Shown here one piece after another: positions 15,468 to 25,669 of a stretch of 30,972 nt of DNA. The notes under the pieces were generated by a model. It was not told the DNA's origin and searched no databases. It worked only from the letters and a program-made list of their open reading frames with translations. Every line of letters begins with the position of its first letter. The first letter of the stretch is position 1. Source of the DNA: a virus. The position numbers were made by a program, and so were the translations under genes. The stretch is from IMG/VR virus record IMGVR_UViG_3300005393_000308. One strand, written 5' to 3'.

Positions 15468-16547
15468 TTAGATATAGTCTGACGAGCTGTCTCTGTAGTA
15501 TAGCTCAATGCGTCTTAAGACCGGCCGGTATAGCTGGCTGTCAGTTGTCATGGAAACCTTCAGGTTGAGCCTGCCGTCCACGATGTCAGCGGGAAGGTTG
15601 TGCGGTTTTATCGTTGTGCCTCCCGAGGCGATTTCCCATTCTATATAGTCGGGCGTGTCAGGGACGATTTCCACCTGTTCCAGTTTCCACGGCGCTACGC
15701 CTGCCATATCAACAGTAGCAGTAAATATAGCCTTCTCTTTTGTGGGCACGACCATTTCGACATTGAATGAGGCTAGCCCAAGATGATATACTGGTCCCTC
15801 TATGGAATACTGCGGCGTAGACTGTTTGAGCGTTACCCTTACAGCCTGTGCTGTCTGTTGAGGTACGGGAATAAGAATCATCCCATTATCTCCAGGCCAG
15901 ATGTTTTCCACTGTCTGCCACGTTGACTGGTTCATATACTCGACCTTTTCTACACTGACTGTGTAGAGCGGAAAGGTGATTATCCTGATCTGGTTGAATA
16001 CTGCTCTGTCCAGAACCTCCACCGGCAGCTGAACAGTATAGACAGCCGTGGTGCTGTTTGTCTCACTGTCACCTGTTACCTGCCTCCACCACGGCATATT
16101 GCCGTATATGGCGCATAATGGATTTGTTTCTGTACCACCATAGCCGGCGTCGGGGGACACATCCACTTTAAGCGCCTGCGGCGCCAGCACAGTACCGTCC
16201 TGCGCCGTGACAGTCAGGAGTGAGTTTTCTGCCTCCGTTCTTAGTGTGGCAAGGTTGTAGCCGGCCAGGATTAGACCATTAATGTCAGGAAATAGCGCAG
16301 CTGCCGGCACCACCTGCCGCCATAAACCGTCGGGCTGGAGCACTGGCCTCTCCAGTTCACTCTTGAGAGCCCGGACCTTACTGGCCACTGCCGCCTCCTG
16401 TATTCTGGTTACGGCAATCATTGTTTCCATATCAGCTTCAAGCTGGTTGTATTTTTCGTACAGCAGGTTTATATCACTGGTCACCTGCCGATAGAACTCG
16501 TTAAGGTTGTGGCTTTGGCTACGGAACGGGATGAGCTTTTCCTGCAT
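15468..16547 (-). CDS. Putative virion structural protein (paralog family member)
   Basis: N-terminal coiled coil, beta-rich body and C-terminal LKVSM...RPVLRRIELYY motif shared with neighbours. Confidence 0.6.
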   Translation of the reverse strand: MQEKLIPFRSQSHNLNEFYRQVTSDINLLYEKYNQLEADMETMIAVTRIQEAAVASKVRALKSELERPVLQPDGLWRQVVPAAALFPDINGLILAGYNLATLRTEAENSLLTVTAQDGTVLAPQALKVDVSPDAGYGGTETNPLCAIYGNMPWWRQVTGDSETNSTTAVYTVQLPVEVLDRAVFNQIRIITFPLYTVSVEKVEYMNQSTWQTVENIWPGDNGMILIPVPQQTAQAVRVTLKQSTPQYSIEGPVYHLGLASFNVEMVVPTKEKAIFTATVDMAGVAPWKLEQVEIVPDTPDYIEWEIASGGTTIKPHNLPADIVDGRLNLKVSMTTDSQLYRPVLRRIELYYRDSSSDYI

Positions 16548-16728
16548 TAATATACTCCCCCGGTATTATGAGATTTTCTATCTGCTTTACCTTCGTGCAC
16601 AGTTGCTGGGTATGTTTTTCCAGCACTGCTATGTCGCGAGTTATGGTGTTTTTGATCTGGTTAACTTTATAACTCTCAATCGGCCCACAAAAGCGCATGT
16701 TTACCAGGCGCGAGTACAGAGTCGGCAT
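16519..16728 (-). CDS. Small coiled-coil phage protein
   Basis: RBS GGAGGT; fills the gap between two structural genes. Confidence 0.55.
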   Translation of the reverse strand: MPTLYSRLVNMRFCGPIESYKVNQIKNTITRDIAVLEKHTQQLCTKVKQIENLIIPGEYINAGKAHPVP

Positions 16729-16735
16729 CTGTTAA

Positions 16736-18577
16736 TTACCTCCATTGTATAGTGTAGCCGGTTAGAATCGGGCTGAAATCGGGCGTGTCTGTGTCCATAC
16801 TGGCCATAAACCTGACTAGAGCGCCGGTGCTGCCCTGGATGTAGTACCGGCAGAGGTAGCGCATAAAACCTGTCGATTTTGCTGGATAGTTGACCAACAG
16901 CATGCCATTGTGGTAAGCAGCTATATTTAGAACTGGACTACTTCCTGTATGTTTCATATTCTCCAGGGAAACTATCTGTGCTGGTTTTTGAGACAGACAA
17001 GTAATGGACGCGCTGTCTTCAAGGTACAGCATTGGGTCGAAGAAGAATTCTTTATCCGGTGTCACTATTATCTCAATAAGGTTCCATCCATTGTACAGTT
17101 TGAGGTTGTATTTGTTGTTTTCCTTTGCCTGTTCTATGCTGTTCACATATACATTGCATGCTGCACTTGCCGGGGCCGGCCGCCAGTTTTCTATTACTGC
17201 CCCGTCGGGCATATCTATCAATGCATAGGTGTAGAGCCGGTACATCTGGCCGCTATGAACGGTCAGGCCGGTGGACATTGGTATGTAGCGATATATAGTC
17301 GCTCCTTGTCTCAGTTTAAACCAGTTCTCCAGCGTGGGTTCGCCATTATCTACTGTGACATTTTCTACTGCCCACATATTTAGACCGGGGTATAACTCGA
17401 TACTGCTGACGTCTGGTTGTTCGCTGAACTGGTAGAGTACATAGATACCATTCTCTGTCTGTACAGGTGTATCAGTAGGATTATACGAGATATACTCGGT
17501 CGTTTTGTCTCCAAGCCAGGGTATTCTTACCCATTTGCCTGCCGAGACAATCTGCCAGTGAATGCGGCGGTCCTCTTGAAAGCCTATATGGTATGTCACG
17601 CTAGTTCCCTCGGGCAGGCTGATCTCCGGTTTTACCCGGACCTCACTACCTTCAATCTCCACTGCATGTGAGACATATGTCCCATTGTTTGTGTACTTGT
17701 TGTACAGCAGGGTAATATTGCGTATGCAAAAGTAATGTTTCTTGCCCGTGTCGGTGTCGTAGTTGCTTTTGGTAATAACTAGCTCTATTGAACTTACAGG
17801 CTGGGTGGAAAATACCCACCAGGTCTTGTCCTCGTTGACAGCTGTTGCTTTATTGCCGTTTACCAACACTGATATATCGTCATACCTGCTAATGATATCA
17901 ACAAATACAGTATTACCAGTAACGGCTCGCCGCGGCCTGACTGTAATAACCAGCGTCGCTGATGTCGTGTCGCCCGCGGAAAGTACCCATGCCTCATCGT
18001 TGCCGGCTATAATGCTGGTTATACTACCGCTCTGCTTGGTAGGGCTTTTTGCTGGCTCTACACGCCATAGCATATCACTATCTGATATGTCCTGTTTGCT
18101 ACACCACCCATCTTGCTGTTGGAGGGTGACACACATGCGTTGAAAGTCGATTTCGCAGTTTTGTTCTGGAAGTTCTTCTGCTTCTTTATCAAACAGATAA
18201 GATAGATGGGTGAATCTCTCTACAAAGCTGCCGGTAGCGCTGTCTGTCTTGATGCTATTCAACCCCTCGACGTACGCCAGCTGTCTCTTTATGTACTGCC
18301 AGTCATTTTCAAGACTGCCACTTTCCAGTACGGTCAGCTGTCGCCTGATGGCCTCGAGGTCGGTATTCAGGTTTTCCAGGGCGGTTTTCCACTGTCCGCT
18401 GCTGGCTGTTGTTCCCGCTTCAATGGGCGGGCAGGCTGTCAGATAGGAGGAGCGATCTCCTGTTATATTCCGCACATACTCACTTACCAGCACACCCTCT
18501 GGCCGCGTGCCGTGTTTCACTAACCAGCTTATCCCATTGTTCGCCAGCAGCTTGTTTTGTTTGCTCTTGACTGCCAA
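16736..18577 (-). CDS. Putative virion structural protein (paralog family member)
   Basis: Coiled coil, NGTYVSH motif and C-terminal VRFMASM...SPILTGYTI. Confidence 0.6.
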   Translation of the reverse strand: MAVKSKQNKLLANNGISWLVKHGTRPEGVLVSEYVRNITGDRSSYLTACPPIEAGTTASSGQWKTALENLNTDLEAIRRQLTVLESGSLENDWQYIKRQLAYVEGLNSIKTDSATGSFVERFTHLSYLFDKEAEELPEQNCEIDFQRMCVTLQQQDGWCSKQDISDSDMLWRVEPAKSPTKQSGSITSIIAGNDEAWVLSAGDTTSATLVITVRPRRAVTGNTVFVDIISRYDDISVLVNGNKATAVNEDKTWWVFSTQPVSSIELVITKSNYDTDTGKKHYFCIRNITLLYNKYTNNGTYVSHAVEIEGSEVRVKPEISLPEGTSVTYHIGFQEDRRIHWQIVSAGKWVRIPWLGDKTTEYISYNPTDTPVQTENGIYVLYQFSEQPDVSSIELYPGLNMWAVENVTVDNGEPTLENWFKLRQGATIYRYIPMSTGLTVHSGQMYRLYTYALIDMPDGAVIENWRPAPASAACNVYVNSIEQAKENNKYNLKLYNGWNLIEIIVTPDKEFFFDPMLYLEDSASITCLSQKPAQIVSLENMKHTGSSPVLNIAAYHNGMLLVNYPAKSTGFMRYLCRYYIQGSTGALVRFMASMDTDTPDFSPILTGYTIQWR

Positions 18578-18579
18578 CC

Positions 18580-20037
18580 CTACTCACCCGCCCTGGCCTG
18601 TTCGATGATAATAGTGTACTCACTCACTACTGGTGTAATATACTGGGCATAGCTAATGTCACCGTCACCAGGTCTGGCCAGTTCGATTCTCACCCGCAGT
18701 GTGTCTGGATGGCCATTCATATAAAGAGTATCGCTGTTACGCATGAACTGCGGTACATACTTGCCAAAGACAATGCGCCGCGGCAGATGGAACAGGGTGG
18801 CGTCCAGATCATTGCCGGCAATGTAATGCCAAGTTGCGCAATCGTCTACACTGAGACTGACTTTGACAGGCTGGCTCTGGCGCAGTGTAGATGGTACGGT
18901 ATAGTCTACGTCCAGTTGTACTGAACCAATTCCACCCGGTATTTGATACAGTTTTGACACGTACTCAGCCTCTTCGTTGTACATGTGTGCAAGTAAACTT
19001 ATCTGTTTCAACCCAATCTGGTACCTCAGGGCCGGTGCCATTTCTGCGGTGGGCAAGCTGAACAACTGTTCTATGACTACCGCCTCGTCAATAGTGGTTG
19101 TGCTGTTGGAACATTCAGGCTGAGAAATAAGCCCGGTAGCCGGATCGTATTTCATGCCGACTATGCTGATTGGGTATGGCTCCACTGGTACTCCAATCCA
19201 TGTCTGGTAGCTTGTGTCTTGGGTTAGCAGTGACCTTGCTTTTCTCGTTAACTGGGGTATACAGGTTATAAACTTGGTCCGGTCAAGCACGGTGTATGCC
19301 AGCTGCTGTCTGGCGCCCCGTCCATCGTCAATGATAATGCTGTCAAGTTTGGCCGGTTTGTAGCCGGCAATTGATGGTATGAACGGCTCAACGACCACAG
19401 CTCCTATTACTTCAAGACTGTCCAGTTCCAGTTCCAGGTTTACAAACAGGCCGGCCGGGTCAAATTTCAGCCAGTGCAGGCCGCCGGAAAACATCGTATT
19501 GTGGTACCTGTTGTCTCTCAAGCCGCGGATCTTTTCGTATTCAAACCAGGTGTCGGCATTTCCATCCACAATGTGCCAGAGGTTTGTATGTAGTCCATCC
19601 CTGGCGTGATACATAGCGGTTTCTCTGTATACCTGGTGGATATTGCCCGGCTGGCCGTTGCCGTCGAGAATTCTCACCGACGCCACTGCAGCCTCGTGAC
19701 TGACGGTACGCCCCAGGGTTAGCATGTTATAATCCGTAACTATCTCCGCTTCCTGTTTGTGTATAGCCATGCGGTCGTAGCTCTTATCGTCTACAAACGG
19801 CTCGTGAATGACCAGAATGTTGCCTGCGCCGGTATCAATGTCTGCCATATACACTTCATGTTCCAGTTTTGTGAGGCGGCAGTCTATCTCCGCCTGTCTG
19901 ATGTTTGCTGTGTCGTTCCAGCGAATAACAGCCGCGCGTATTGCGTTTACCTCTTCTACCAGATTGTCTATCTTTTCTTTCGTTTCAGATAGGAACTGTA
20001 GAAAGTCCTCAGAGAGCGGGTAATCGTACAGCCGCAT
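18580..20037 (-). CDS. Putative virion structural protein with a discoidin/galactose-binding-like segment
   Basis: RBS AAAGGAG; IVDGNADTWFE, EAEYVSK, SVDDCATW and C-terminal LRVRIEL...TPVVSEYTI. Confidence 0.6.
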   Translation of the reverse strand: MRLYDYPLSEDFLQFLSETKEKIDNLVEEVNAIRAAVIRWNDTANIRQAEIDCRLTKLEHEVYMADIDTGAGNILVIHEPFVDDKSYDRMAIHKQEAEIVTDYNMLTLGRTVSHEAAVASVRILDGNGQPGNIHQVYRETAMYHARDGLHTNLWHIVDGNADTWFEYEKIRGLRDNRYHNTMFSGGLHWLKFDPAGLFVNLELELDSLEVIGAVVVEPFIPSIAGYKPAKLDSIIIDDGRGARQQLAYTVLDRTKFITCIPQLTRKARSLLTQDTSYQTWIGVPVEPYPISIVGMKYDPATGLISQPECSNSTTTIDEAVVIEQLFSLPTAEMAPALRYQIGLKQISLLAHMYNEEAEYVSKLYQIPGGIGSVQLDVDYTVPSTLRQSQPVKVSLSVDDCATWHYIAGNDLDATLFHLPRRIVFGKYVPQFMRNSDTLYMNGHPDTLRVRIELARPGDGDISYAQYITPVVSEYTIIIEQARAGE

Positions 20038-20052
20038 GATTGACTCCTTTCT

Positions 20053-21813
20053 CTAGTGCATAATTATCTTGATGCCGGCAATTTCAGGCGTGATACCGGT
20101 GAGTTTTCGACTGTGGCGCAGGAGTGTTGCTCTGACTCTCGCCCTTTCCAGTGCCTTCCAGTATGTCACGGTGATTGTCGAGTCGCCGTCAATCTTCTGG
20201 TCAAAGGTGATTGTCCTACCCGAGCAGGTGTAGTTAATTTGTCCGGTTACGAGAGTGCCACTCCTGTAGGCGGTCACGTTGTAAATTCCCTCGCCGCCGG
20301 CTGTTGCCGGCTGGGTAAGCACCCGGCCGTCGGGTGTGCGTATACTTACCTTTATCGGCACATACTGGCTATCCAGGTAGGAGGGGTTCCAGTCATCCGG
20401 AAGTAGCTCGATCAACCTGTTATTGATATATACATTGGCCGCGAGGGTGATCGTTTTATCCTCGTTTGTGCCTGCGAACTCTTCTGTAACCTCTGTCAGA
20501 TGTTCGCCTGTTAATAAGTTGACTGTCTGTGCTGACTCATCGGGATCATATTTTGCGGTCAACACCCCAGGATACCTGGAGTGAAATACTATTGTTCTGC
20601 TGTCCACCAGACTATAGTCTATTCCTGGTTTCAGCATGACATGGTCGCAGTACACAGCCAGGTTGCCATTGACGGGAAAACGCAGTATGGCTGTGCGCTT
20701 TTCGTCCCCACCAGATATTCTAAGCAGTTCACGCTCTACCCTGGTCTGCCTGGCGGGTAATATCGGAAACCAGTTATACCCGTCTACAGATACGTCATAT
20801 TCAATAGAGGTCTCCATATTGGCCGCTATGTTGGTGCCCGGATAGATCCCGTATTCCTCTACGGTTTCTATCTGGATACTATTGATGATGCTGTTGTTCT
20901 CTATTGGAGCGGACACCCACTGTCCTTCCGGGTGGTAGTCTATGGCGCCGACAAACAACCTGTCCAGGCTGAGTTCATACTCATACCAGACTCTTCTGGT
21001 TGCAGCATCTTCCTGTTTTGTGTAGTGCCTCTGGTTTAGCAGCAATGATACTCCAGTAACCGTTTTGTAAGGGAAACGCATATATACTGGTGTAAACATT
21101 ACCGTACTATGCCAGCCTATATTCCACCCCGCGGGTGCAAGCAGTACCTGTTCGTTGCCGTCTGGTTCGTACAGGCTGACCGCTATCAGGTCCATTGGAA
21201 ACTGGCTTGCTGGAGTGATGGTAATGCAGTTTATCCTGTACGGCTGGTTGAAATATATGTTAAGCAATAGGGGCGCTCCGGTTGTGATGCCGTAAAACCC
21301 TTCAGTTGGTTCAATAACCGTCGGCCTGGTTACCCGTGCTACTGCTCTCCACTGTTTTCCTTGCTTCAGATTCTCTATTCCACTGTCCTCGGTGTGGCTA
21401 CCGTGTCTGTATCCAAACTCTAACCGAGCCTTGGGCAGGTAATTGATACTCCTGGCCTCTGGCAGTATGAGTTTGCCGTTCTCGTCCGGATGTATCATGC
21501 GGCAGGTGTACAACTCCTGGTCGTGTTCCATATCGCTGCTGAAATCTATATTCCCTGAGTTCGCTATGTTCAGTGCAACCTCTATCTGTTTGAGTCTCTG
21601 TTTGTACCTGGATACACTGTTCATCTCGTTGTACTGCTGCCTGTTTATAGCCATTTCCAACTGGTCTGCGGCAGCATACAGGCTTTCAATACTACTTCTG
21701 ATTTCTTCCCAGGCAGTGGCAATTTCCTCTACGTCTATCAGCCCGCTGAATTTGTGTTCCCGCATCTGGTTTTCAATTCCCTGGGGCAGGTCGTAGTTGA
21801 ACAAGTCGCCCAC
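20053..21813 (-). CDS. Putative virion structural protein (start may be TTG at 21804)
   Basis: Coiled coil, EGQWVSAP, SVDGYNW and C-terminal RVRATL...TPEIAGIKI; AGAGGTG is well placed as an RBS for TTG 21804. Confidence 0.6.
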   Translation of the reverse strand: MGDLFNYDLPQGIENQMREHKFSGLIDVEEIATAWEEIRSSIESLYAAADQLEMAINRQQYNEMNSVSRYKQRLKQIEVALNIANSGNIDFSSDMEHDQELYTCRMIHPDENGKLILPEARSINYLPKARLEFGYRHGSHTEDSGIENLKQGKQWRAVARVTRPTVIEPTEGFYGITTGAPLLLNIYFNQPYRINCITITPASQFPMDLIAVSLYEPDGNEQVLLAPAGWNIGWHSTVMFTPVYMRFPYKTVTGVSLLLNQRHYTKQEDAATRRVWYEYELSLDRLFVGAIDYHPEGQWVSAPIENNSIINSIQIETVEEYGIYPGTNIAANMETSIEYDVSVDGYNWFPILPARQTRVERELLRISGGDEKRTAILRFPVNGNLAVYCDHVMLKPGIDYSLVDSRTIVFHSRYPGVLTAKYDPDESAQTVNLLTGEHLTEVTEEFAGTNEDKTITLAANVYINNRLIELLPDDWNPSYLDSQYVPIKVSIRTPDGRVLTQPATAGGEGIYNVTAYRSGTLVTGQINYTCSGRTITFDQKIDGDSTITVTYWKALERARVRATLLRHSRKLTGITPEIAGIKIIMH

Positions 21814-21821
21814 CTCTTTAT

Positions 21822-22003
21822 ATAGCGTCGGGAGCCCCGGCCTTCAGGCCGGGGAAGGAGACGCTATGAATTTTATACCCATACCCGTCGCTCCTCGCTC
21901 CCCGGTAACGTAGCCCCGTCAGACTTACACCTGGTGGCTGAGGCTGGTCACGGCCAGGCTTGCTTTCGCAAGCCCCCCGGGCTTTAGCCGCGGGGTCCGT
22001 GAC
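21822..22003 (-). mobile_element. 182-bp miniature IS200/IS605 element carrying the 5' part of an IscB-type omegaRNA
   Basis: GTCACGGACCCCGCGGC-TAAA-GCCCGGGGGGCTTGC-GAAA-GCAAGCCTGGCCGTGACCAGCCTCAGCC...GGCTACGTT at one end; ATAGCGTC...CCCCGGCC-TGAA-GGCCGGGG...GACGCTAT at the other, followed by ATAAA; no ORF. Confidence 0.85.
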
Positions 22004-22010
22004 CTCTACT

Positions 22011-23417
22011 TTAGTTCCCGAGAATCATATATACATAGTCCAGGTACACACCAATTTTGCCTGATGGTAGGAATTCTACTGCCAGCTGCCCGCCCGCATA
22101 GCTGAAGGTTAGCTGCACAACGGCATATCCACCCGCGCCAAACGTGTTGCCGCTTATATCGAGACTGGCGATCAGGTTGCTGTTCTCCGTAACATTTATA
22201 ACTCCAACTGCCTCAGAGGTGGGTACTTCAGGGCGCATACGAATGTATAGCCTGTAGGGGCCTGGGCAGATTTGTATCTCCTCGCCCGGACAATCTATTA
22301 CATTTGTTGCAGTCCCTGCCGGTATGTACACAGCATTGTACGCACCGGGGTCGTCAGCTGGGACTGCCGGCGGCAGATAGACATCAACCCCTGGCCAGAG
22401 ATGCGCCGCTTTGACCCTGTCTTCTGTGGTTTCCGACCACTCCAGGTTTCCGTCGATCTTGAGGTCACAGTTGAGGATCAGCCTGTTGTCGGAATACTCC
22501 AGCATACCGCCCCCTACCATGATTGCCCCTTGGGTAGAGCCGTCTCCGCATATCACAGCCGGCGAGTCCGTTCTGGTGAACTGGCCGCTGAAGAAAGTGT
22601 ACCTTTCACCTGCATTTATATGCCCGGGAAGCACGGCGCCAGTGCTGATGTTGCCACTTCCTATCACCAGCGGGCTGATGTTTAGACAAGCCACAGCCTC
22701 TACTTCTTTGGCTATGTCCAGGCCAATATCATAGGTACACGATGTATTTTTGCTTGCCATCAGAAACTGGAGTATATTCCAGCCAGGGTTAAGACGGATA
22801 GTTACCTGCTCCGAAGTACCTTCCACGTTATTGCCAGACAGCATTGCTATTTTGTTGCCATTGTGATAAGTTACTATATAATCCTCGTGTATTACCGGAA
22901 GAATTAGTTGCCTGGCGGCACTGGCGTAAATGCTTATGCTGTAGCGGCGCATTGTGTCGGGACCAAAGGTCGTGTCAGGTGTTCCTTTCAACCTGGCCCA
23001 TGGGAAGTGCTTATACCCAATAAGCTTCTTATCCAGCGGGGTCGTGTCGAAAAACTCGTTCTTGGGGGGTTCATACTGGTGATTGATTTCTTCCATATAG
23101 TAAGCCGCCAGCATGGCATTGACTTCGCTCCTGGTATAGTAGCTGTCCAAACTGGCACCGCTGCTGGATTCCAGCGCTGCAAGACGTCCTTCTATGGCAT
23201 TTATACTGTTTGTGATACCATTTAAGGCGGCGTTTATATTGTTAATACTAGCAGAGATGGTATCTATAGTCTGTGCCAACTTGTTATGCTGCGCCTGAAG
23301 AAGGTAGCCAAACTCCACCCGTTCCTTTTCCTCTATCTTGATACGCTCGTACAGCTTGCTCTCCACTGGTGTGAGGGTTTTGATATAGACGCCATCTGCT
23401 ATCTGCTGCACTCTCAA
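22011..23417 (-). CDS. Putative tail fibre-like protein
   Basis: Long heptad coiled coil, YYTRSEV spacer motif, GNISTGAV..GHI repeat-like segment and a beta-sandwich-like C-terminus. Confidence 0.6.
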   Translation of the reverse strand: MRVQQIADGVYIKTLTPVESKLYERIKIEEKERVEFGYLLQAQHNKLAQTIDTISASINNINAALNGITNSINAIEGRLAALESSSGASLDSYYTRSEVNAMLAAYYMEEINHQYEPPKNEFFDTTPLDKKLIGYKHFPWARLKGTPDTTFGPDTMRRYSISIYASAARQLILPVIHEDYIVTYHNGNKIAMLSGNNVEGTSEQVTIRLNPGWNILQFLMASKNTSCTYDIGLDIAKEVEAVACLNISPLVIGSGNISTGAVLPGHINAGERYTFFSGQFTRTDSPAVICGDGSTQGAIMVGGGMLEYSDNRLILNCDLKIDGNLEWSETTEDRVKAAHLWPGVDVYLPPAVPADDPGAYNAVYIPAGTATNVIDCPGEEIQICPGPYRLYIRMRPEVPTSEAVGVINVTENSNLIASLDISGNTFGAGGYAVVQLTFSYAGGQLAVEFLPSGKIGVYLDYVYMILGN

Positions 23418-24496
23418 GATCCTGACACCTCTTCTCTGGTAATCTGCACACCGACCACGGCATCCTCTGCGGTTCCATCGGCATAGGTATACGGCTGCCA
23501 GGCAAGCGTGGTCGTAACTGTTGTGTCCGGAGCAGTCCTGATTGCCTGTACTAACCGTTCCCCTTCATAAACCAGGTCCACCACCCATGCAGGTGCTTCT
23601 ATCTTGACCAACCTGTCCTCCCGGTTTGGGTCACGGGTAAGTTTTATGTATCCCTCGTCCGGCCGAAGTTCGGGCGGCAGGTGTTCCCACCACAGTACGT
23701 TTTTGACCTCCTGGACAAGATCTATCTTGTCGTTTTCGCCGGGCTCACCACTATGGCTGTGTATTTTCGGGTGATGGTCGTCCGGCCCTATTTCTAGAAG
23801 CTCGCTATGGTACAGTTGCGGTTTTGGCAGGGGCGAGACAGCAGGCGGCGGCAGTGTGGGATCCTCAAAGTCCAGGCTGACCTCTTCATGTTCATCGAGG
23901 TTGATGTACAGCGTTGAATCGTAGTACAGCACACCCCAGGCGTCAAGACGCGGGCCGGCACTCTGTGGCTCTCTCTTAAACTTTGCTCTCAAATAGAGCC
24001 TGCTCCCATCTGTCCCGAGCTGTACTATTTCTCCGGTGTTTGGCGTTACCGGGAAGAAGTCTAGGCCGTTGTTGGATAGTTCGTAAGCAATCTCGTCTCC
24101 TGCTGGGATGTAGTCTCTTACAAACAGCATGACCTTCTTGATATTACACCTGCTGGCTGGCACATACCCTTTGCTGGTCATATAACCCAGCATTGCGTCG
24201 CCAGTCATGCAGACACCATACTCTTCCTGGCTATAGACTGTTGACAGGCTGTTGTGCAGGTCGATGTACTGCCCGCTCTGTAGCAGTTCGACCCACATAG
24301 AGTTCATGTTGGGGTTGTGCTCAAAGGTGTCTACCAGCATACGGATAAAGTCTTCGTCCTGCTGGCGAAATCCCTCTTTTTCCAGGCGCTCGACCAGTTC
24401 CTGCAGTTTGTTTATGTCTGCCGCAGTGACAATCTGTCCTGTGTTGTCTATCTTGGGTGTAAGATCGGTAAAACGCCCAATCTCGTCTCTGGCCAT
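23414..24496 (-). CDS. Putative virion structural protein
   Basis: RBS GGGAGG; GQIVTAADINKLQ N-terminus, YELSNNG..F, LYLRAKF...PRL and His-rich HSELLEIGPDDHHPKIHSH. Confidence 0.6.
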   Translation of the reverse strand: MARDEIGRFTDLTPKIDNTGQIVTAADINKLQELVERLEKEGFRQQDEDFIRMLVDTFEHNPNMNSMWVELLQSGQYIDLHNSLSTVYSQEEYGVCMTGDAMLGYMTSKGYVPASRCNIKKVMLFVRDYIPAGDEIAYELSNNGLDFFPVTPNTGEIVQLGTDGSRLYLRAKFKREPQSAGPRLDAWGVLYYDSTLYINLDEHEEVSLDFEDPTLPPPAVSPLPKPQLYHSELLEIGPDDHHPKIHSHSGEPGENDKIDLVQEVKNVLWWEHLPPELRPDEGYIKLTRDPNREDRLVKIEAPAWVVDLVYEGERLVQAIRTAPDTTVTTTLAWQPYTYADGTAEDAVVGVQITREEVSGS

Positions 24497-24508
24497 GGTA
24501 AACCTCCC

Positions 24509-25642
24509 CTAGATCACTTCGACATCGACTATCTCTGGCGCCTCCGGCGGTATCAGGTCGGATGTGTCAACGGTTATGACCGCTGCTTCTGAGATATTCT
24601 CTGCTGCGTCTATAGCGCACACACTGTAGGTGTAATTCATATATGGCATTACCGTTTTGTCGGCAAACTCCTGCTCAGTCGTCTCGCCAAGCACAATCTC
24701 GTTACTACCATCTGTCCGTTTTATCCTGTATCTGACCGCGACGTGCGGCACCTCCTCCGGCCCCACCGCGACCGACGGGTCGGACAGCGCATCCAAAGCT
24801 GATCTGGTGATCACTCTGTACATATGGGTTATGCCATTGTCAGGCGCGGGTGTGCTCCACATAAGACGTACCTCACCTGGAGTTTCCCTATCTGCTGGTA
24901 TTACTTGAGCGGACAGATCCGCCGGCGGGGCGGTGGGGCCGCTGAATTGCGGCATATCCAGGACGAACAGCTCCCTGGTTTCCTTGAAGTTTTCCCATGT
25001 GGCGCCTCCGTCAGTGGAGCGCTGTACAACGTAGGGCACCTCGCCAATACTCTGGTTAAGTGTGGCCGACATTTCAGTTGACGGCCACGACCTGTTGCCT
25101 CTCGTATCTGCTGCAACCACGAAGTACCTATACGTTGTTCCTTCTGTAAGTGGCGGCTCTTCAAAGGATATCCTGGCCAGCTTTGTCTCTGGGTCAAGAC
25201 TGATGACCGGGTTCTGCACGGGTTTCGGTGGGTTTCGGTCTACTGCCGGCGGGGCAACTCTGGTCACACCCGGCGCCGCCATGGACGTGTCTACCAGTTC
25301 TACCCCGTCGTACCAGTAGGAAGCCGTTACCGCGCTGTCCGGCTCGGGCAAAAAACTGAAGCGAATCACGCCGTTGTGGTAGTCCACCATAACCGGTTCG
25401 ATAACCTGGTCATCCACTTTGACCTCTATGCTTCTGTCCTCGATTATGTTGCCGTGGCTTGTATAATACACATCTCCAGTTCTCTGCAGTATGTCGCCGG
25501 TTACCCGTATCAGGTTGACTTCCGCAGGGTGTTCCACGATATACGCCAGCACCGGCTCGTTCGAACCGAGCGCCCGGTAAATCAGGTACTGCTGTGTCAC
25601 GCTGTCCTGATTACGGTCAAAGGCGATTTTGACACGTTGCAT
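24509..25642 (-). CDS. Fibronectin type III domain-containing structural protein (start moved to 25642)
   Basis: GGAGGAG before MQRVKIAF; FN3 motifs YRYFVVAADTRGNRS, VRLMWSTP and YTYSVCAIDAAENIS. The longer ORF-track start lies inside the IS remnant. Confidence 0.75.
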   Translation of the reverse strand: MQRVKIAFDRNQDSVTQQYLIYRALGSNEPVLAYIVEHPAEVNLIRVTGDILQRTGDVYYTSHGNIIEDRSIEVKVDDQVIEPVMVDYHNGVIRFSFLPEPDSAVTASYWYDGVELVDTSMAAPGVTRVAPPAVDRNPPKPVQNPVISLDPETKLARISFEEPPLTEGTTYRYFVVAADTRGNRSWPSTEMSATLNQSIGEVPYVVQRSTDGGATWENFKETRELFVLDMPQFSGPTAPPADLSAQVIPADRETPGEVRLMWSTPAPDNGITHMYRVITRSALDALSDPSVAVGPEEVPHVAVRYRIKRTDGSNEIVLGETTEQEFADKTVMPYMNYTYSVCAIDAAENISEAAVITVDTSDLIPPEAPEIVDVEVI

Positions 25643-25669
25643 GATTCTCCTCCAGTCTGTTATATTTCC

